From assembly GCA_002292285.1 (NCBI GenBank), contig DBBP01000002.1:133214-197213 (forward strand): 64,000 nt of DNA, read 5' to 3'. Below, in pieces: positions 8,701-19,228 of the stretch. Source of the stretch: Proteobacteria bacterium UBA981. GTDB taxonomy: Bacteria; Pseudomonadota; Gammaproteobacteria; Ga0077536. A program made the position numbers and the translations under genes. Numbering within the stretch: the first letter of the stretch is position 1; every line of letters begins with the position of its first letter. The notes beneath the pieces are model-generated. The model made no database searches. It was not told the DNA's origin and saw only the letters and a program-made list of their open reading frames with translations.

Positions 8701-10327
8701 AAGCGGCCGTATCAATAACAGGAACTGCAGCCAAAAGAGCGCGTGTGTAATCGTGTTGCGGCCGCTGCAGAATCTGTTCCACATCGCCGTATTCGACAAT
8801 CTGACCCTGGTACATAACCGCGACACGATGAGCGAGATACGCCACCACCCCGATATTGTGGGTGACGAACAGATAAGTCAGCCCCAGCCGCCCTTGCAGG
8901 TCGCGTAACAACTCGAGAATCTGCGCTTGTACAGAAACATCCAGTGCGCTGGTTGGTTCGTCGCACACGATCAGTTTCGGATCGACAGCGAGCGCACGCG
9001 CAATACAAATTCTCTGTCGTTGTCCGCCCGAAAATTCGTGCGGATAGCGCAAGGCGTGCAACGGCTCCAGACCGACCTGCACGAGTAGCTCGGCAACGCG
9101 CGCATCCTGCTGTTGCATGGAACCGCCCAGCTTCTGCGCGAGCATCCCCTCTTTAACGATATCGCCAACAGTCATGCGCGGGTTCATTGATGAATACGGA
9201 TCCTGGAAAACAACTTGCAACTCACCACGTAGTTTGCGCATTTGCGCACGACTCAATTCAGCGAGATTGTGCCCGTCATAGGAGACTTGTCCGTGTGCGA
9301 TGTCGGTGAGGCGTAATATGCCCTTCCCCATCGTTGTTTTGCCCGACCCGGACTCACCGACGACAGCGAGGGTCTGCCCCCGAATAATCTCGAGGTTAAC
9401 GCCATCGACAGCCTTCACATGTCCGACGGTTCGACGTAAAACACCACGCTTAATCGGGAACCAGACTTTCATGTCACGAACGGTGAGAATTGGCTGCTCA
9501 TCCACGGCCTCGGGTTGATGCCCCTCGCGCAAGCGTTTTTCCCAGCTTGGCAGCGAGTCGAATAGCTGCCGCGAATACTCATGTTGTGGGTTGCTGTAAA
9601 AAGTGTCGCGACGTCCCTGTTCGACGATGCGGCCGTTCTTCATCACCACGACACGATCGGCCACCTGGTGCGCGACCGCGAGATCATGAGTAATAAACAA
9701 AATACCCATGTTGCGCTTGCGCTGAATCGATTTGATCAACTCAAGTACCTGAGCTTGAATAGTGACGTCGAGTGCTGTCGTCGGTTCGTCGGCGACCAGA
9801 AGTTTCGGATCGCCCGCCAGCGCAATTGCGACCATCACCCGTTGCTTCATGCCGCCTGAGAACTGGTGCGGATACTCATCCAGGCGTCTGTGTGAATCCG
9901 CGATGCCGACATCATCCATCAGTTCTTGTACGCGTTGCCGCAACGCTTGCCCACGCAGTCCGTGGTGACGACGTACGGTTTCTCCGATTTGAGCCCCGAT
10001 CGTCATGACCGGATTGAGCGACGACTGCGGCTCCTGGAAGATCATGCCGATCGCGGCGCCGCGAACGTCGCGCATACGGTATTCCGGAAACTTGAATATA
10101 TCCTCGCCGGCGAGCAGGACCCGCCCACTGTGAATTCTGGCCGTTGGTGGCAACAAACGCGCAATGGCAAGCGCCGATAGCGACTTTCCACTGCCGGACT
10201 CGCCAACCAGGACGACGGTTTCTCCTGCATCGATGTCGAAACTAATGCCGTCTACGGCTCGTGTCAGCGCCTCACCGTGACCGAAGTGGATAGCGAGATC
10301 CTCCACGCTCAGCAAAGTCTCACTCAT
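8699..10327 (-). CDS. ABC transporter ATP-binding protein with two fused nucleotide-binding domains (YejF/DppDF-like)
   Basis: 542 aa; two Walker A motifs (GESGSGKS twice), two LSGGQ/LSGGM signatures, two Walker B motifs. Confidence 0.85.
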   Translation of the reverse strand: MSETLLSVEDLAIHFGHGEALTRAVDGISFDIDAGETVVLVGESGSGKSLSALAIARLLPPTARIHSGRVLLAGEDIFKFPEYRMRDVRGAAIGMIFQEPQSSLNPVMTIGAQIGETVRRHHGLRGQALRQRVQELMDDVGIADSHRRLDEYPHQFSGGMKQRVMVAIALAGDPKLLVADEPTTALDVTIQAQVLELIKSIQRKRNMGILFITHDLAVAHQVADRVVVMKNGRIVEQGRRDTFYSNPQHEYSRQLFDSLPSWEKRLREGHQPEAVDEQPILTVRDMKVWFPIKRGVLRRTVGHVKAVDGVNLEIIRGQTLAVVGESGSGKTTMGKGILRLTDIAHGQVSYDGHNLAELSRAQMRKLRGELQVVFQDPYSSMNPRMTVGDIVKEGMLAQKLGGSMQQQDARVAELLVQVGLEPLHALRYPHEFSGGQRQRICIARALAVDPKLIVCDEPTSALDVSVQAQILELLRDLQGRLGLTYLFVTHNIGVVAYLAHRVAVMYQGQIVEYGDVEQILQRPQHDYTRALLAAVPVIDTAA

Positions 10328-10348
10328 CGCAGCTTGCCTCTCCTGGCC

Positions 10349-12415
10349 TCACAGGGCGTGCCAACCGGGGTCGGCGGCGAAGCGCGAGCCGAATTGATCC
10401 TCGAATCGTTGCAGACGAAATAATATTTCACCAATACCGCGGTCCCGCGCGTACTGGATTGGGCCGCCGCGAAATGGCGCGAAGCCGGCACCAAACACCA
10501 ACGCGACGTCGATTAGATCCGCGTTATCGACGATCCCTTCACGCAAACAGGCAACCGCCTCATTAAGGAGCGGCAGCAGCAGGCGGTCGCGGATATCAGC
10601 GGTCGCGGCGCCGCTTTGCGATCGACTGCGTGGTAATCTTTGCCGCGCTATCTTGCCATTCACATAAGCGTGGTAGCCGGTGTTTGATTTGCGCCCAAGG
10701 CGCCCAGCACTAACGTGCCCGCGTAGACTCTGTGGCACCTCGCCGCCAAATGCCGCGCCAAGAATTTCCCCAACGTGCAGGCAAATATCGAGCCCGACTG
10801 TATCGGCAAGCTCGAGGGGGCCCATCGGCATGCCGAAGCTTTTCGCGACAGCATCGATCTCCGTTGCCTGTAAACCTTGTTCGAGCATCAACATCGCTTC
10901 TTGCAGGTAGGGTGACAGGACCCGGTTGATTAAGAACCCTGGCGCACTGCGCGCACGCAAGGGTAAGCGATCAATGGCCGTGGTGAAGGCCGCTGCTCGC
11001 GTCACAACGGCCTCATCAGTCTGTTCGGAACTGATAATTTCGACCAACTGCATTTGTTGGACGGGATTGAAAAAATGAATGCCGACCAAGCGCGTCGGAT
11101 CATTCAGCGACGAGGCGATATCAGTCAGCGGAATACTGGACGTGTTGGTCGCCAGTATCGCGTCCGGCCGTGCCCGAGCTTCCAGTGCGCTGAACAACTC
11201 ACGCTTCGCTTCAACGTCCTCGATAATCGCCTCGATAATCACGTCGGCGCGCACGATGCCGTCGCCATCAAAGTCGGCGACCAGGCGATCGCCAAGCATT
11301 AAACGCTCATGGCGCCGCTTGACCCGACGATCGAAAAGACCGGCGGCACGTTGCATGGCGGGGGCGATGTACTGCGGAGCGCGATCTTGCAAGGTCACGT
11401 GCATGCCACGCAGAGCGCACCAGGCAGCGATGTCGCCCCCCATCGTACCGGCGCCGACAACGTGTACGTGTGTTGGTTGCTTAGCAGAGGACTCGATGGC
11501 GCGCTTGAGCCCCTCCTGAAGCTTGAACAAACGAACCAGATTGCGGCTTGCCGGACTGACCAGTAATCGCGCCACAGACCGTGCTTCCTCGGGATACATC
11601 CGAGTAGGGTTACCGGCGAATCGCTGCCATAAATCGAGGAGTGAATACGGTGCCGGGTAGTGTTGCGGCAGTACTTTTTTGGCGACTTCGTTGCGGGTAA
11701 TACGGGCGACTATGGGTCGAGCCAAAGCATGCGAGGCGAGGCGCTTGGTAACGCCTGGGGTACGCTGCTGCTGCCGCTTGTGGACAAACGATAGTGCGGC
11801 TGCATCGAGGTGACGGGTCGGGACTGCGCGGTCAATCAAACCGCACTGTTCGGCACGCCGTGCGTCCACCAGGCGCCCGGTTAACATCAAGTCCAGTGCA
11901 GCTGGCGCGCCACAATAACGTACGGCTCTAACGGTCCCTCCAAAGCCCGGGTGAATGCCCAGCAACACCTCCGGGAAACCCAACCGGGTCGCCCGACCGT
12001 CGTCGGCAACAATATGCTTACATGCCAACGCCAATTCCAGTCCACCACCGAGGCAAAATCCGTGCACGCGCGCGACGCTCGGAAAGCTCAGATTCTCGAT
12101 CCGCGCAAAGAGTGAGTGCACCTCGTCAATTCGCTTTACAGTGTCGTCGACATCGAGCATCTGCTCGAACTCGCGCACATCTGCACCTGCAGCGAACCCA
12201 CTCTCTTTAGCCGAATAGACGATCAAGCCGCGCGGGCGCTCGGCGACAACAGCATCGATGGCGACCTGCAACTCCTGCAAAACCAGTGAGGACAGGGTGT
12301 TGGTTGACTCGCCAGCGCAATCCAGGCCAAGCCACAAAATATCGTCTGCATCGCGATACAGCTGCCAGTTGTGCAGGTCTTCAAGCGCGACCGGCGTTTT
12401 CGATGTGTCGTTCAT
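10349..12415 (-). CDS. fatty-acid oxidation complex alpha subunit (enoyl-CoA hydratase + 3-hydroxyacyl-CoA dehydrogenase), FadJ/FadB-like
   Basis: 688 aa; N-terminal crotonase fold, central NAD-binding VGAGTMGGDIAAW, C-terminal 3HCDH domain. Gene order thiolase then dehydrogenase resembles fadIJ. Confidence 0.8.
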   Translation of the reverse strand: MNDTSKTPVALEDLHNWQLYRDADDILWLGLDCAGESTNTLSSLVLQELQVAIDAVVAERPRGLIVYSAKESGFAAGADVREFEQMLDVDDTVKRIDEVHSLFARIENLSFPSVARVHGFCLGGGLELALACKHIVADDGRATRLGFPEVLLGIHPGFGGTVRAVRYCGAPAALDLMLTGRLVDARRAEQCGLIDRAVPTRHLDAAALSFVHKRQQQRTPGVTKRLASHALARPIVARITRNEVAKKVLPQHYPAPYSLLDLWQRFAGNPTRMYPEEARSVARLLVSPASRNLVRLFKLQEGLKRAIESSAKQPTHVHVVGAGTMGGDIAAWCALRGMHVTLQDRAPQYIAPAMQRAAGLFDRRVKRRHERLMLGDRLVADFDGDGIVRADVIIEAIIEDVEAKRELFSALEARARPDAILATNTSSIPLTDIASSLNDPTRLVGIHFFNPVQQMQLVEIISSEQTDEAVVTRAAAFTTAIDRLPLRARSAPGFLINRVLSPYLQEAMLMLEQGLQATEIDAVAKSFGMPMGPLELADTVGLDICLHVGEILGAAFGGEVPQSLRGHVSAGRLGRKSNTGYHAYVNGKIARQRLPRSRSQSGAATADIRDRLLLPLLNEAVACLREGIVDNADLIDVALVFGAGFAPFRGGPIQYARDRGIGEILFRLQRFEDQFGSRFAADPGWHAL

Positions 12416-13731
12416 GTGCGCTCAACCAGCATTGCGCCGCCCTGCCCACCACCAATACAGATCGCAGCAACGCCACGCCTGGCCTGCCTTTGCTCAAGGA
12501 CCTTAAGGAGATGCAAAACAATGCGCGCGCCACTGCTACCGACCGGATGTCCCAACGCGATCGCGCCGCCGTCAACGTTCAACTGCCCCTCGTCAATGCG
12601 TCCCATCGCGTTGCGTAAACCGAGTTCCTTGCGGCAGTAATCCACATCATCGAAAGCCCGGATACAGGCAAGCACCTGGCCTGCAAACGCTTCGTTAATT
12701 TCCCAATAGTCAATCATGTCGAAATTCAAGCGGCGACGCTTGAGTAACGGTGTCGCTGCGTGTACCGGGCCAAACCCCATTTGCGCAGGGTCGAGACCTG
12801 CCCATTGCGTGTCGACGAGCTTGCCGAGCACCGGCAACTTGTGGTCGTTCACGGCCTGCTCGCTGGCCAGCAATACCCACGCTGCACCGTCGGTAATCTG
12901 TGAGCTATTGGCCGCCGTGACGTTACCAAATTCGCGGTCGAAAAACGGCTTTAGTCTGGCAAGTTTCTGTACGCTCGAGTCCGGCCGTACGCCGTCATCG
13001 TGATCGTAGACCTGACCGTTTGTGTCTATCAGTGGCACGATTTCGTCGAGACGCCCGGCAGCTTGCGCTTCGGCCAGTCTGTGATGACTTCTTACCGCGT
13101 AGGTATCCATGGCGAGACGGTCGATCCCATAACGTCGACTGATCACTTCGGCGGTCTGCCCCATCGACAGACCAACCACGGGATCCGTGAGACCGAGCAA
13201 TAACGCGATAACGGGTTTCAGATGCATGGGGCGTAAGCTGGCAATAACCCCCAAGCGTTGGCGCAAATTTCGCGCCGCCGCCCATTGCGCTAGCAGAGCA
13301 GTAGTCTCGCGCGAAAACAGCACGGGTGCATGGCTCATCGACTCGGTGCCGCCAGCCAGAATCAGATCAGCACGTCCACTGACAATCGCGCCCGCCGCGC
13401 TATCTATGGCCTGCATACCGGACGCGCAATTGCGCTGCACGGTCCAGGCCGGAACCTGATCGCCACAACCCAGGCGCAACGACACGACGCGCGCGATATT
13501 GGCCTCCTCTGGGCCGGGCATAATGCAGCCAACAATGACTTCATCGAGTTCCGGCGGCTCGAATTGCTGCCTCGCCAACAACGGGCGCGCGGCGTGAACG
13601 GCGAGATCGGAGGGTCGAAACGGTCCCGGCCCCACCCGTGCCTTCAGAAACGGTGTTCGCGTTCCGTCAACGATGTACACCGCCCGTCGCGCTGGGCTGC
13701 GGGAAGTTGTGCGATTTGCTGCCTTAGCCAC
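12412..13731 (-). CDS. acetyl-CoA C-acyltransferase (3-ketoacyl-CoA thiolase), FadI/FadA-like
   Basis: 439 aa thiolase fold; catalytic-Cys region and C-terminal GGGQGGAMLVE motif. A 4-bp overlap with the downstream dehydrogenase gene indicates translational coupling. Confidence 0.8.
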   Translation of the reverse strand: MAKAANRTTSRSPARRAVYIVDGTRTPFLKARVGPGPFRPSDLAVHAARPLLARQQFEPPELDEVIVGCIMPGPEEANIARVVSLRLGCGDQVPAWTVQRNCASGMQAIDSAAGAIVSGRADLILAGGTESMSHAPVLFSRETTALLAQWAAARNLRQRLGVIASLRPMHLKPVIALLLGLTDPVVGLSMGQTAEVISRRYGIDRLAMDTYAVRSHHRLAEAQAAGRLDEIVPLIDTNGQVYDHDDGVRPDSSVQKLARLKPFFDREFGNVTAANSSQITDGAAWVLLASEQAVNDHKLPVLGKLVDTQWAGLDPAQMGFGPVHAATPLLKRRRLNFDMIDYWEINEAFAGQVLACIRAFDDVDYCRKELGLRNAMGRIDEGQLNVDGGAIALGHPVGSSGARIVLHLLKVLEQRQARRGVAAICIGGGQGGAMLVERT

Positions 13732-13789
13732 AAGCGATTACCCGACGGACTCAATTTGCACAGCCGATTCCCTACTTCGGATCACGAAT

Positions 13790-15193
13790 TCAGCGCGCTT
13801 CACGTAAGCGCGGGTCGAAAGCATCACGGACCGCATCCGCGAACACGTTTGCAGCAAGAACCAGAATAAACATAAACAAAAAGGCTGCGCATAGCGACCA
13901 CCACACGACCGGTTCGCGGGCGAGTTCGAGGCGCGCACTGTTAATCATGTTGCCCCACGATTCCATGCTTGGGTCGACACCAATATCGATGTAGGTCAGG
14001 GCCGCCTCGGCAAGCACCAAGCCACTGAAATCGAGGACGATTGAAATCATCACAATATGCATGATGTTGGGTACGATATGACGCACCACGATGACCCAAT
14101 GTGCGACGCCAAATGCGCGTGCCGCAACAATGAAATCAGCCTCGCGGAGTTTCAGAGCCTCGCCGCGTAAATAACGGCACAGTCCCGTCCAGGTCGTGAC
14201 GCCAAGGATCATGCAGAGCGCCAGTAGCCGTAAATCGGCACGCGCTGCAAGGTTTGCAAAATCTTCGCCGTGGCGTGCCATATAGACTTCGAGCATCAGC
14301 GCCGAGGCGGCAATCAACAGGACGCCGGGAATCGATGATAGCGTGGTGTAAATGTACTGGATAACATCGTCAACCCAGCCACGAAAATAGCCGGCTGCGA
14401 TGCCGAGCACGATAGCAAACGGCAACATCACCAGGGTAGTCAGCGTGCCAATCAGGAGACCGGTGCGAATGCTCTTAATCGCCTGATATAGCACGTCTGT
14501 CCCGACTTTATCGGTACCCATGATGTGGTAATAAGGCCCTACTCGCACGCAAAATCCGACAGCCATCGCAAGCAACATGACGGTTAGCACGATGGCCCGC
14601 CATGGAACTTCTGTACGACCGCTCACCACGGCGCTCAGGCTTTCCGACCAGGGTCCGGCAGTGCTGCGGGCACGCAAGGTCACGATGACCAGCACCACTG
14701 CCAGCGTTGCGCCGAGCCCCAGCACGACACCCCCCAGGCTGCGCTGCATAATGTCTGAACGGCGCTCCAGTGGATCCCGTAAATGGACGCCGGCATGGCG
14801 CAGGCGAGGATAATCGCGTCGGGTTGCGCCACCCTCCACCTCGATGGTTTCTTTAGCGTAGGCATAAATCGCGAAGGGCGCCGAATAGGTTTTCTCGAAG
14901 TTGTTCTTCAGTGGTGCTATCAACAACTCAAGTACGCTACTGATTTCGCCACTGTGCCTGGTATCCGAATTCTCAGCACCGTCAAGGCGCGGATGGAAAT
15001 GGCACGAGTCCAGTACCGCCACGAGCAAGAATGCACTCAGTACTACAGCCGCTGACATCCCCAATGGTCGGCGCGACACTTGTCGCCAGGGTGCGGCAAG
15101 ATGCTCGCGCCGTGATGCGTAAATGGCATACACCGAAATGCTCGTGAGGAGCACGAAAAACAGCACGTCGGTGGTCAGGAATACGATTTGCAT
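13790..15193 (-). CDS. ABC transporter permease (DppC/OppC/YejE-like) with extended N-terminal region
   Basis: 467 aa; C-terminal half carries the BPD-transporter inner-membrane domain; long N-terminal TM and periplasmic extension. Confidence 0.75.
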   Translation of the reverse strand: MQIVFLTTDVLFFVLLTSISVYAIYASRREHLAAPWRQVSRRPLGMSAAVVLSAFLLVAVLDSCHFHPRLDGAENSDTRHSGEISSVLELLIAPLKNNFEKTYSAPFAIYAYAKETIEVEGGATRRDYPRLRHAGVHLRDPLERRSDIMQRSLGGVVLGLGATLAVVLVIVTLRARSTAGPWSESLSAVVSGRTEVPWRAIVLTVMLLAMAVGFCVRVGPYYHIMGTDKVGTDVLYQAIKSIRTGLLIGTLTTLVMLPFAIVLGIAAGYFRGWVDDVIQYIYTTLSSIPGVLLIAASALMLEVYMARHGEDFANLAARADLRLLALCMILGVTTWTGLCRYLRGEALKLREADFIVAARAFGVAHWVIVVRHIVPNIMHIVMISIVLDFSGLVLAEAALTYIDIGVDPSMESWGNMINSARLELAREPVVWWSLCAAFLFMFILVLAANVFADAVRDAFDPRLREAR

Positions 15194-15196
15194 TAG

Positions 15197-16174
15197 TTAG
15201 TTCAGGCGAACTCTGGGGTCAACCATGGTGTAGGAAATGTCGGTCAGAACCAGTCCAATGATGTACAGAACCGAGCCCAGAAAGACCATCGCTCTAACGA
15301 TGGCGAAATCCTGAGACTGGATTGCCTCGATGGTGTAGCTGCCGAGACCGGGAATTCCAAAGAATGCTTCGGTAATGAGACTCCCTAGAAATAACGACGG
15401 CAATACGACAACAACGCCCGTCAGAATCGGGATCAATGCGTTGCGTAGTACGTGGCCGTAGAGAACCATCTTCTCGGACAAACCCTTAGCTCTTGCAGTG
15501 CGAACATAATCTCGATTGATCTCTTCGAGAAAAATCGTTCTATACCAGCGTGTGCCGTGCCCAAGGCCTCCGATAACGCCGATCAGGACGGGCAGGGCAA
15601 GAAATTTGATCGCAGAAAAACCGACGTCATAGCCGGAAATCGGCACCAGGCGAAGCATCTTCCCGATCAAAAACTGCCCGCCGATAATGTAGAACAAGCC
15701 GGAAATGGACATCATCGCAACGCAAATCACCACCGCCCAGGAGTCAATATACGTCCCTCGAAAAAAAGCGATCGCAAGCGCAATCGTGATGGTCAAAAGA
15801 AGACCGAGGACGAATACCGGCAAAGTAATCGCGAGACTCGGCCACATCCGTTGCGAAATGTCATAGCCAATATCCCGACCGCTATCTGATTGACCGAAGT
15901 CGAACAGGAAAAGTTTGACTGTATTGCGATAGAAAATCGTATCCGTAAAGCGCTCACTGCTCGACTGCGCTTCGTTAAACAGTAGCGGTTTATCGTAGCC
16001 TCGTTCCGATTTCCATTTCTCGATGGCCGTTGCAGTGACATGCTTGTTGCCCAGATGCAGGCGCGCCATGTCGTCTGGTGAGTTAACAACAAAAAACAAC
16101 ACGAACGTGATGACATTAACGCCCAGTAATATGGGGACCGCATACGCAAGCCGGCGAATAATGTAGGCGATCAT
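15197..16174 (-). CDS. ABC transporter permease (DppB/OppB/YejB-like)
   Basis: 325 aa; MIAYIIRRLAYAVPILLGV start typical of DppB-family permeases, 6 TM helices. Confidence 0.8.
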   Translation of the reverse strand: MIAYIIRRLAYAVPILLGVNVITFVLFFVVNSPDDMARLHLGNKHVTATAIEKWKSERGYDKPLLFNEAQSSSERFTDTIFYRNTVKLFLFDFGQSDSGRDIGYDISQRMWPSLAITLPVFVLGLLLTITIALAIAFFRGTYIDSWAVVICVAMMSISGLFYIIGGQFLIGKMLRLVPISGYDVGFSAIKFLALPVLIGVIGGLGHGTRWYRTIFLEEINRDYVRTARAKGLSEKMVLYGHVLRNALIPILTGVVVVLPSLFLGSLITEAFFGIPGLGSYTIEAIQSQDFAIVRAMVFLGSVLYIIGLVLTDISYTMVDPRVRLN

Positions 16175-18336
16175 CGCGCGGCGGCCCTCTGGCGCGCGAC
16201 ATAAGTTCGCCAGGCTGGCAATGCGCTAATGAGCAGAACGACGAACAACGCCGCCACTGGCCAGACAACGGCGTCATTCCATTGGCCGCGCTTGCGCTCG
16301 CGTAATTGTGCGTCGATAGTTTTGTACTTCAACGTGTTGCGCGCCATAAGATTCGGTTTCACGTTGCCGTACCAATCGTGATAGAGCGTATAGCCAGTTG
16401 GGTGAAAGCCCCATACCCATGGACTGTCCCGACGAAGTATTTCCGTCATATCGTTGATGAGTTCCTGCCGCTCAGAACCATCCGACATCGAGCGCATGCG
16501 CACGAACAATTCATCGAATCGGGGGTTCTGATAATTGACCGCATTCTCCCCCTGCGAGGCAACCTTGGCGTTGGGCCCGTACAGCAAGAATAGAAAATTC
16601 TCCGGATCGGGATAGTCAGCGTTCCAACCCCAACCAAAGATCTGCGCGCTACCTTTACGGATCTTTTCCTGAAAGCGGTTGTAGTCAGTCGCCCGGATCA
16701 CGAGTTGAATGCCGAGTTTATCGAACTGCTTGCGGTACCAGTTAAGCATCGCCTTGCTGCCCGGACCTGAGGAAACAGTTTCGAAATATAAGGTCAATTG
16801 TTCTCCGCTCTCAGCGTCGCGGCCGTCGGGATAACCAGCTTCACTCAGTAGTTCGCGCGCCGCTGCAACGGATTTCCGCACGGGATGGCCGTCACGCCAC
16901 TCGTAGACGTAGGGGTTAATCCCCTCGGGGCCGCCGATCTGACCAAAAATCCCAGGGGGGATAGGCCCCTGCGCAGGCACGCCGCGACCGTTAGCGAATA
17001 TCGAAATTAGCTCCTCGTAGTCGATAGCGATCGAGATGGCACGACGCAGCTTACGGGCGCGCTCGGTGTCCCCTCCTACAACATTGTCGACCATGTTGAA
17101 GCCGAGATAGGAAATGGACGTGGTCACCGCAGTGACCAGGTTAATGCCCTTTTCGCGCATAACGTTGGTGAGTTGAGCTTCACCTTGCGGGTTGAACTGG
17201 ATTGCCTGGTCAAAGCTATCGGAGAGAATGCTGGACGCATCGTAGTAGCCTTGCAGGAATTTGGTCCAGCCTGGAATAGCTTCTTTCTCGAGACTGTAGT
17301 GAGCCACGTCAATGAACGGCATGCGCTGGTCAGCGCTGGCCAGCAAGCCATTGCTCGCGTCATCCGCTGCGCCAGTCGTGGGATATAGCTCGCCGCGAAA
17401 ATTTGGATTTTTTACAAGCACCATGCGCCGATTCGGATTGTTTTCCGCGAGCATGTACGGTCCCGTACCAATCGGGTACCAATCCAGCGAAATATTGCGC
17501 GCCTTCATACCCGGTTGGTTGTAAAACGCGTCGGCCTCCCAAGGTACAGGCGCAAAAAAAGGCATGGCCAGCCAGTAACGGAACTGCGGGTACTTTTGCG
17601 TCAAACGGATTTCATAAGTGTAGCGATCGACGGCCTTCGCGCCCGCGAAGTCGTACGCGCGCAAATCGACGAAACTATCATTTGCATGCTCATCAGCGGC
17701 AACGCGGGTCGACAATTCCGGCAGCCCTTTGATGTACTTACCCATCAGCCCGGCTATCGGTGAATGCAAGTGCGGGTGTACCAGTCGTTTGATCTGGTAA
17801 ACATAGTCCTCAGCCACAAGCTCACGGCTTCCGGTAAGCTCGAAATCTGCGAGGGTCGCCCGATGTTCAAGGTCGGCTGCGGTCAACGTGTGATACTGAA
17901 AACCGTTGTTCTCGTTGCGCGCGAAGGCGGGATGCGGTTGGTACATGATGCCGGGCTGGATCTGTATCCGATACACGGTCTCCTGCACATCCTCCTGGGC
18001 CGCGTCGGCCGCTAGTTGTTGCCCGGAAGGGTCGAAATAAGTCGGCTCCGGCAGCGCAACCGCAGTCAGAGGAGTGAGTTCGTAGGGACGCTTCAGATAG
18101 TGATACTGGACCACTGGCTCGTAAATCTGACTGTTAAAGCGCGCCTCGTTTTCGCTGTATGAGGAGACCGGGTCGAGATGCTTGGGTCGCTCGCGGAACG
18201 AGTCGTAAAAAACCGCCTCGCTACTGCTCGACGCGGCATAGGGGTTGTTCAACGGGCCATCGCTGCAACCAATCAACGTCACGCACATAATCACGATGAC
18301 ACGGCGTGTGATTGCAGCTGTGATCGGAGATTGCAA
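16171..18336 (-). CDS. ABC transporter substrate-binding protein, family 5 (peptide/opine type, YejA-like), lipobox plus C-terminal hydrophobic tail
   Basis: 721 aa; N-terminal signal with LIGC lipobox; family-5 SBP core; unusual C-terminal predicted TM helix (AVVWPVAALFVVLLISALPAW). Confidence 0.75.
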   Translation of the reverse strand: MQSPITAAITRRVIVIMCVTLIGCSDGPLNNPYAASSSSEAVFYDSFRERPKHLDPVSSYSENEARFNSQIYEPVVQYHYLKRPYELTPLTAVALPEPTYFDPSGQQLAADAAQEDVQETVYRIQIQPGIMYQPHPAFARNENNGFQYHTLTAADLEHRATLADFELTGSRELVAEDYVYQIKRLVHPHLHSPIAGLMGKYIKGLPELSTRVAADEHANDSFVDLRAYDFAGAKAVDRYTYEIRLTQKYPQFRYWLAMPFFAPVPWEADAFYNQPGMKARNISLDWYPIGTGPYMLAENNPNRRMVLVKNPNFRGELYPTTGAADDASNGLLASADQRMPFIDVAHYSLEKEAIPGWTKFLQGYYDASSILSDSFDQAIQFNPQGEAQLTNVMREKGINLVTAVTTSISYLGFNMVDNVVGGDTERARKLRRAISIAIDYEELISIFANGRGVPAQGPIPPGIFGQIGGPEGINPYVYEWRDGHPVRKSVAAARELLSEAGYPDGRDAESGEQLTLYFETVSSGPGSKAMLNWYRKQFDKLGIQLVIRATDYNRFQEKIRKGSAQIFGWGWNADYPDPENFLFLLYGPNAKVASQGENAVNYQNPRFDELFVRMRSMSDGSERQELINDMTEILRRDSPWVWGFHPTGYTLYHDWYGNVKPNLMARNTLKYKTIDAQLRERKRGQWNDAVVWPVAALFVVLLISALPAWRTYVARQRAAAR

Positions 18337-18445
18337 AGTGATGGGCTACCACTAGAAAGGCTCAGGATTATAAACTCCGGCTGGACACTGTACACTCACC
18401 AGCCGTTCGGGAACGCTCAATCAGGTACAACAGGAAGGTCTCAAC

Positions 18446-19228
18446 ATGGGGATATTAGAAGGCAAGCGCGCGCTGATATTCGGCGTCGCCAGCAACAAAT
18501 CGATTGCCTGGGGAGTTGCTCGCGCCATGCAACGAGAGGGAGCCGAACTGGCCCTCACCTACCAGAATGAGCGACTGCAGTCGCGCGTAGAAGATTTCGC
18601 GGGCGAGCTGGGCTCAGAAATCACCCTGGAATGCGATGTTGCTACCGATGACAGTATCCAGAAGGCGTTCGAACACCTGGACGATTACTGGGACCATTTC
18701 GATATTCTGGTCCACTCCCTCGCCTACGCCCCGCGTGAGGAACTTCAGGGCGGCTATCTTGACAGTGTGACCCGCGAGGGATTCCGGGTCGCGCACGAAA
18801 TCAGCTCATACAGTTTCGCCGCGCTCGGCAATGCGGCCCGCCCGTTCATGAGTGGGCGCAACGGCGCCATGCTAACGCTGAGCTATCTGGGTGCTGTTCG
18901 CACCATGCCGAGCTACAACGTGATGGGCTTGGCCAAGGCCAGCCTTGAAGCCAACGTCCGCTATATGGCGGAAAGCCTTGGCCCCGAAGGCATTCGGGTC
19001 AATGGTGTTTCTGCCGGCCCGATTCGGACGCTGGCAGCATCCGGGGTGAAAGATTTACGCAAGTTTCTCGGTTACGTCGAAAACACCGCACCACTGCGTC
19101 GCAATGTCACGACGGACGAAGTCGGAAACGTCGCCGCATTCCTATGCTCAGACATGGCCTCCGCCGTGACCGGCGAAATCACCTTTGTCGACTGCGGTTT
19201 CAATATTATGGGACTGGCTGGCATCTGA
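18446..19228 (+). CDS. fabI: enoyl-[acyl-carrier-protein] reductase (NADH), FabI
   Basis: 260 aa; MGxLxGKRxLIxGVASxxSIAWG N-terminus and catalytic YxxxxxxK spacing, collinear with E. coli FabI. Confidence 0.9.
   Translation: MGILEGKRALIFGVASNKSIAWGVARAMQREGAELALTYQNERLQSRVEDFAGELGSEITLECDVATDDSIQKAFEHLDDYWDHFDILVHSLAYAPREELQGGYLDSVTREGFRVAHEISSYSFAALGNAARPFMSGRNGAMLTLSYLGAVRTMPSYNVMGLAKASLEANVRYMAESLGPEGIRVNGVSAGPIRTLAASGVKDLRKFLGYVENTAPLRRNVTTDEVGNVAAFLCSDMASAVTGEITFVDCGFNIMGLAGI

Noticed and set aside
8700-8826. MATE ORF extends 127 nt into the 3' end of the ABC ATPase gene
   Set aside because: It is probably an over-extended ORF call. MATE proteins are ~450-460 aa and the N-terminal 40 residues lack TM character, so an internal start near 8700 is used.
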